Below the pieces are notes generated by a model. That model saw only the letters and a program-made list of their open reading frames with translations, was not told the DNA's origin and ran no database searches. This document shows positions 15,897-20,000 of a stretch of 20,000 nt of DNA, in pieces. Made by a program: the position numbers and the translations under genes. This DNA is from an uncultured virus (IMG/VR IMGVR_UViG_2865217878_000004). Its lineage: Duplodnaviria; Heunggongvirae; Uroviricota; Caudoviricetes. The stretch lies in IMG/VR virus record IMGVR_UViG_2865217878_000004; one strand, written 5' to 3'. Within the stretch, counting starts at the first letter, position 1. The number at the start of each line of letters is the position of its first letter.

Positions 15897-16274
15897 TCAG
15901 CGCCGCCGCTGATCGCGGAGCGTCAGGACGAGCTGGACCGGGGCTATCTCGTGCTGCTTCACGGGAGGCGGAGCGTCGAGCCAGGAAGCTCCGAGAGCGA
16001 CAAGATGGGAGGCGGTCAACGCCCCCGCGGCATAGACGAACAGCGCGGCGTCATGCCACCAGTAGTGAGCTGCGGCCGCACCGGCCGCGATCCAGATGGA
16101 GGCGCACCACTGGCAGCGGATCAGCTCGGACACCCACCGCCATCCGCTGGACTTCACCCCGCGCAGCTCGACGACCGCGCGCAGGGGCGCGGTGATGGTG
16201 TCTTCAACGACGAGCCGAGTCAGGCGCGCGATGGCGCCGAGCGTCAGCAACGCAATGAGAACTGTCTCGGTCAC
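15897..16274 (-). CDS. DUF1360-like membrane protein
   Basis: Start moved to GTG 16274 (VTETVLI). ARLTRLVVEDTITAPLR and ELIRCQWCASIW motifs with about 3 hydrophobic segments. Confidence 0.75.
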   Translation of the reverse strand: MTETVLIALLTLGAIARLTRLVVEDTITAPLRAVVELRGVKSSGWRWVSELIRCQWCASIWIAAGAAAAHYWWHDAALFVYAAGALTASHLVALGASWLDAPPPVKQHEIAPVQLVLTLRDQRRR

Positions 16275-16280
16275 CCCGGG

Positions 16281-16318
16281 AGGGTAGGAGCGTGTACGGG
16301 GGCGACCAGATGTGTACG
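16281..16318 (-). promoter_or_regulatory. Putative late promoter motif, copy 3 (leaderless)
   Basis: CGTACACGCTCCTACCCT (17/18 match), then 6 nt, then the GTG start. A second CGTACAC lies 20 bp upstream. Confidence 0.7.
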
Positions 16319-16371
16319 GTGGCCGCCAGCAACAGGGCCGCCCCGCTACGACGCCAACTCGAAGGACGACC

Positions 16372-16869
16372 ATGGGAGCAATTCAGGAACCCGCCCCGGC
16401 CATGGGTCCCTACCGCGTGGAGCTCCGAAAGGAGTCGTTCTACCTCAGTCGCGCCGACGCCGTACCGGACTTGATCAGCGCGTCCAGCCGCTACGAGCTG
16501 AAGGTGCCGTCCGAGGACGCGCCGGCGCTTCTCTCCGCGCTGGACCAGGTCACGGGTCACCCGTCGTGGGGCAAGTGGCCGCGCCCGGCCCAGGACGAGC
16601 GGCCGGACACCACTTGGGCGCTCCCGCCGGGCAGCGACGGCCCAGCCCCAGACCCACACTGGACCGTTACTCCCACGGGACCCGCCCTCTCCATCCGCGG
16701 CCCATGGATCGTCTACTACGAGACGGACCGTGCTTTCCTCTCCACCGAGATCTGTTACCGCGACCTGGAGGAACTCCGCGAAGCGCTGGTGAATCTTTCT
16801 CCGGAAGAGTCGCCGGGAACCCATCCGAAGGGGCACCCTTCACCTTCGCCAGCCGAGCGGTCTCGCTGA
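16372..16869 (+). CDS. Hypothetical protein (opposite-strand accessory gene)
   Basis: ATG 16372 with a GAAGGA RBS; 165 aa; GC3-rich codons; divergent from the DUF1360-like gene. Confidence 0.6.
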   Translation: MGAIQEPAPAMGPYRVELRKESFYLSRADAVPDLISASSRYELKVPSEDAPALLSALDQVTGHPSWGKWPRPAQDERPDTTWALPPGSDGPAPDPHWTVTPTGPALSIRGPWIVYYETDRAFLSTEICYRDLEELREALVNLSPEESPGTHPKGHPSPSPAERSR

Positions 16870-17222
16870 ATCTCCTCTTCAACGATGGGTGCAGCCGCGC
16901 CGAACTCCCTTGCGTGTAGCCAGCCAGATGGTGACGGCTGCGGCTGCCACTCCGATGATCTGGTGCAGAGAGCTGTCCGCTCAAACCATGCACTGCCGGG
17001 ACCGTTGATCTCGGCGCGCACGGTGCCGTCCTTGGCCAGACTGACGGTCTGGGTCGGCTGGCCGTCACGGAGGTTGCAGAGATCCGGACGGAATGAACGA
17101 TCACCTACGGTCACAGCTGGTGGGGGAGCCGGCTGTGGTCGTTGACACGCCTGCGGCGTGCTGAAGATCACTCGGTTGGGAACCTCCCCTGTCGCTGAAC
17201 GGAACCTGCAATTCTGGTCCGC

Positions 17223-17726
17223 ATGGAGGCGAACGGTGCACAGGTCAACATCGGTGCTGTGCAAGCGGCTTGGGATCAGGCGACCGGACTGCGGCAGGCG
17301 GACAACAACCCGGCGGCGCTGGCGGAACTGGCCGAACGCATCGCAGCAGCCACAGACCAGTACGGCTGGCGCGAGTTGGCCCGAGGCACGGTGTTCTTGA
17401 TTGGCGGAGCGTTGGTTGAGATTGCCGTTGACGCCCCCGGCGCCGAGCAATTCCGCCGGGAGTTCACCGATGTGCTGATGACCAAGCTCAAGCGATCTCA
17501 GTTTGTGGACCTCGCCGACCTGCCGATGGTTCGCCGGGTGGTGACTGTCGCCCTCGAGGGACGCGACGTCGTTGCCTGGAGGGATCAGGCTGGCCCGGTT
17601 GGCGACAGCGAGCGGCGGGCGCTTACGAGTGCACTCGCACTCATCAGCGATTTCGTGGATCGGGTCGATGGCCCGGGATCGTGCGAGCGTCGAGTGCTGA
17701 AGGCTCTCGGCAATGCCCTTGACTGA
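17223..17726 (+). CDS. Hypothetical alpha-helical protein (opposite-strand accessory gene)
   Basis: 167 aa with normal globular composition in a visibly lower-GC segment; convergent with terL. Confidence 0.65.
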   Translation: MEANGAQVNIGAVQAAWDQATGLRQADNNPAALAELAERIAAATDQYGWRELARGTVFLIGGALVEIAVDAPGAEQFRREFTDVLMTKLKRSQFVDLADLPMVRRVVTVALEGRDVVAWRDQAGPVGDSERRALTSALALISDFVDRVDGPGSCERRVLKALGNALD

Positions 17727-17887
17727 GCCCGCGAACGGACCGCCGGTGCCCGCGGTCATGGTCGGCGACGGATTCGGCGACTCCTCGCGTCCGGCACGGG
17801 CGACTCACCCTGCTGGACGCACGCGAAGTCGTCGATACGAACGGGCCAGAGGGCGCGTTCCAGCACTCACCTGGGCCCGGAGCGTCG

Positions 17888-19429
17888 TCAAGGGCCGGTG
17901 CGGCCGAGCCGGACAGATCCCAGCCCGCCCGGCTGAGCAGAAGCCTGGGCCAGAGAGATTCCCGCCGGGGAGCTGATGACCTGAGCGGTGTTCGGCGGGC
18001 GTAGCAGCCCGTAGGCGAGATACACGCTGGCGTCGATCCGGCCCGGAGATTCCGATGACCCCGGCTGCCAGGTCGCCCACTCCATCTCCAGCTCCGGCAG
18101 GTACGCGGCGGTGCGCACCCGGTCCTCCCGCCACTGCTGCGCGATCGGCTCGGCGCGCAACGCCTTGCCGACCTTCGCATGGACCGGTTGGACGTACGGG
18201 GGGAGTTGTCCACTGGGGATCGCATTCTCGCGCTGGAGGGCGTCCCAGGCTGTTCGGATGGCCAAGTCGACCATGTCGCCGCCGTAGTTCCGCTCGACGA
18301 GGACGATCTGCGCTCCGGTCTCCGCGGCCAGAAGGCAGGCGGCGCGCGCCCACTCGGCCGACGACATCGCTTTCGTGTGGTCGTGGGTGAGGTAGAGGCG
18401 CTGGTCGGAGCCGAGATAGCCGCCGACGACGCCTGCGGTGTCCCGGCCACCGCCGGACGGATCGACGGCAACCGCGATCCGCTGCGGCGTGACACCGGCG
18501 TCGAAGTGGCGCTGACGCTGGAGGATGTCGGTGGAGAGGAGCGCGCCTTCGAGGGGTTGAGGGTCGAGCTGGTAGAGGGCAGCCCAGTCCCGCGCCTCGA
18601 TCTGAGCCCGCCTCGCTGTCCAGTGCGCGCGGGCCGCTTCGATGTCGTCCACCGGGATCTGCGGGTGCGGCAGTGGGTCGCCGACCGCGCGGCCGAGCGC
18701 GTCGTGAGGAGAGGTGGCGAAGGCCGGCAGCGCGATGACCCGCCAGAGGCCGCCTTCTTCCTGGCGGCCGTCCCGCTCGAGCACGCGATGGGCGAGGTCA
18801 TCCCAGTGCCAGGGGGTGAGCATCATGCACAGCGGCGCACCCGGCGACAGGCGGGTCATGAAGTCGGCGCTGTACCAGCTCCAGACGCGATCCCGGATCG
18901 CACGGGAGTCCGCTTCGGCTCTGTTCTTGTGCGGGTCGTCGATCACGGCGAGATTCGCCGGGAAGCCGGTCACGCCTCCGCCGACGCCGACGGACTTCAC
19001 GCCTCCGCCGGTCTCGGTCTGCCAGTCGGTGACCATCGTGGAGCCGGCGGCGAGCTTGAGGTTCCAGCGCCAGCCGTGTGCGTCGATGAGACGGCGGATG
19101 GCGCGGCCGCGGTGCATCGCGAGCTGCTGGCCGTAGGAGCCGATGATCACACGGTCGTGAGGGCGGCGAGCCAGCCACCAGAACGGGGTCCAGACGGCGG
19201 CGAGCGTGGATTTCCCGGACTGGGGCGGGAGCATCAGCAGTAGCCGTGTGGTCTCTCCGGTGGCCAGGCGCGCCAGCTCCAAGGCCATGTATTCCAGATG
19301 GGGCCGGGGGAAGAAGCGGGCATCGAGGTAGCGGGCGATGGTCGCGGGGTCGTTCAGCGCGTCCTGGTTGGCCTGGCGAGCGGCCTGGGCCAGCCGGGCG
19401 AGGGCTCGGTGGTCAAGCGCGTCAGCCAC
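17888..19429 (-). CDS. terL: Terminase large subunit
   Basis: Walker A PPQSGKST, Walker B AVIDDPHK, motif III LTPWHWDDL, nuclease residues VAVDPS, VERNYGG, SPGRIDA. Confidence 0.93.
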   Translation of the reverse strand: MADALDHRALARLAQAARQANQDALNDPATIARYLDARFFPRPHLEYMALELARLATGETTRLLLMLPPQSGKSTLAAVWTPFWWLARRPHDRVIIGSYGQQLAMHRGRAIRRLIDAHGWRWNLKLAAGSTMVTDWQTETGGGVKSVGVGGGVTGFPANLAVIDDPHKNRAEADSRAIRDRVWSWYSADFMTRLSPGAPLCMMLTPWHWDDLAHRVLERDGRQEEGGLWRVIALPAFATSPHDALGRAVGDPLPHPQIPVDDIEAARAHWTARRAQIEARDWAALYQLDPQPLEGALLSTDILQRQRHFDAGVTPQRIAVAVDPSGGGRDTAGVVGGYLGSDQRLYLTHDHTKAMSSAEWARAACLLAAETGAQIVLVERNYGGDMVDLAIRTAWDALQRENAIPSGQLPPYVQPVHAKVGKALRAEPIAQQWREDRVRTAAYLPELEMEWATWQPGSSESPGRIDASVYLAYGLLRPPNTAQVISSPAGISLAQASAQPGGLGSVRLGRTGP

Positions 19430-20000
19430 TCTTGCCGCCCTGGTAGAGCCGAAGCACCCCCTCGGCCATCTCCTGAGCGCGCAGCCGCTTCTCCTCCTCG
19501 CTCAGCCCTTCGAACTCGCTGATCTCGATGGGGCCGCCGTCTTTGCCGGTGACCTCCATCAGCACCTTGTCGGGCTGATCCAGTGCGATTCGGCGCATCC
19601 GTTCGATCGCCTCGACCCAGCGCGGCACGATATGGGCGTCGAGGGGTTCTCGGGTCTCGGCGATGTGCTGGATGGTGCGGGCGACCAGAGTGGAGGTGGC
19701 GCGAGCAAGATCCATCAAGATCCGGCACAACTCTTCATCGCGCTCACGAATCCGCTCGCGGCGCTGACGCGACCGCTCCGCGTCGTAGGCTGCGACACGT
19801 TCCTGCCAGAGGTGGACAGCGGCCTGCTTCTGGATGACGCTCACCGAGCAGCCGTAACTTGCTGCTATCTCGCTGTAACTGCGCTGGCTCGGGGTGGTGT
19901 CGAGGAAGAGGGAGAAGCGTCCGAAGGCCTTCGCGGATTCGCCAGGCTGGCGTTCCCAGACCTCGCGGTCCGGGTGCAGGGCGATCCGCTTCAGGGCCAT
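19422..20000 (-). CDS. Terminase small subunit-like protein (start at window edge)
   Basis: WERQPGESAKAF..RSYSEIA..WQERVAAYD HTH-like N-terminus, coiled coil, EVTGKDGGPI motif; overlaps the terL start by 8 nt. Confidence 0.7.
   Translation of the reverse strand: MALKRIALHPDREVWERQPGESAKAFGRFSLFLDTTPSQRSYSEIAASYGCSVSVIQKQAAVHLWQERVAAYDAERSRQRRERIRERDEELCRILMDLARATSTLVARTIQHIAETREPLDAHIVPRWVEAIERMRRIALDQPDKVLMEVTGKDGGPIEISEFEGLSEEEKRLRAQEMAEGVLRLYQGGKSG

Larger units (their letters stand above)
1..20000 (-). mobile_element. Siphovirus-type actinophage/prophage head-neck-tail module, extending beyond both window ends
   Basis: Canonical terminase-portal-protease-capsid-tail-neck gene order. No att site or integrase is visible in the window. 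Confidence 0.92.

Noticed and set aside
16870..17222. Small ORFs or an ncRNA in the gap between the plus-strand accessory genes
   Set aside because: No convincing RBS, codon bias or strong structure identified by eye.
1..20000. bldA-dependent TTA codons in the called genes
   Set aside because: The TTA/TAA trinucleotides I checked were out of frame; this was a manual check and may not be exhaustive.
1..20000. Gene transfer agent or contractile injection system
   Set aside because: No sheath or baseplate genes here and the organisation is ordinary siphophage; domestication cannot be judged from this window.

Overview
High-GC actinobacterial (Streptomyces-like) phage, prophage or phage-plasmid virion morphogenesis module, almost all on the minus strand. 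Order from right to left: terminase small subunit-like, terminase large subunit, two opposite-strand accessory genes, DUF1360-like membrane protein, portal, multidomain prohead protease with an inserted Nudix hydrolase, two accessory genes, a small MACGCG protein, major capsid protein, a second (pentamer-type) capsid protein, major tail protein with PKD/Ig-like repeats, a stand-alone protein of 7 PKD repeats, an FN3 protein, head-tail adaptor, Cys-rich neck protein and an HK97 gp10-like protein. From recall, the structural genes resemble the Rosebush/cluster-B-like actinophage lineage; no search was run. Main observations: (1) a PKD domain split across the tail-tube gene and the next in-frame gene; (2) a Nudix domain inside the maturation protease; (3) herpes-assemblin-like (L/V/I)xA|S motifs at domain junctions of head proteins; (4) a repeated late-promoter-like motif CGTACACGC-CCTACCCT; (5) a shared leader motif before the capsid and tail-tube genes, plus hairpins that may tune stoichiometry.
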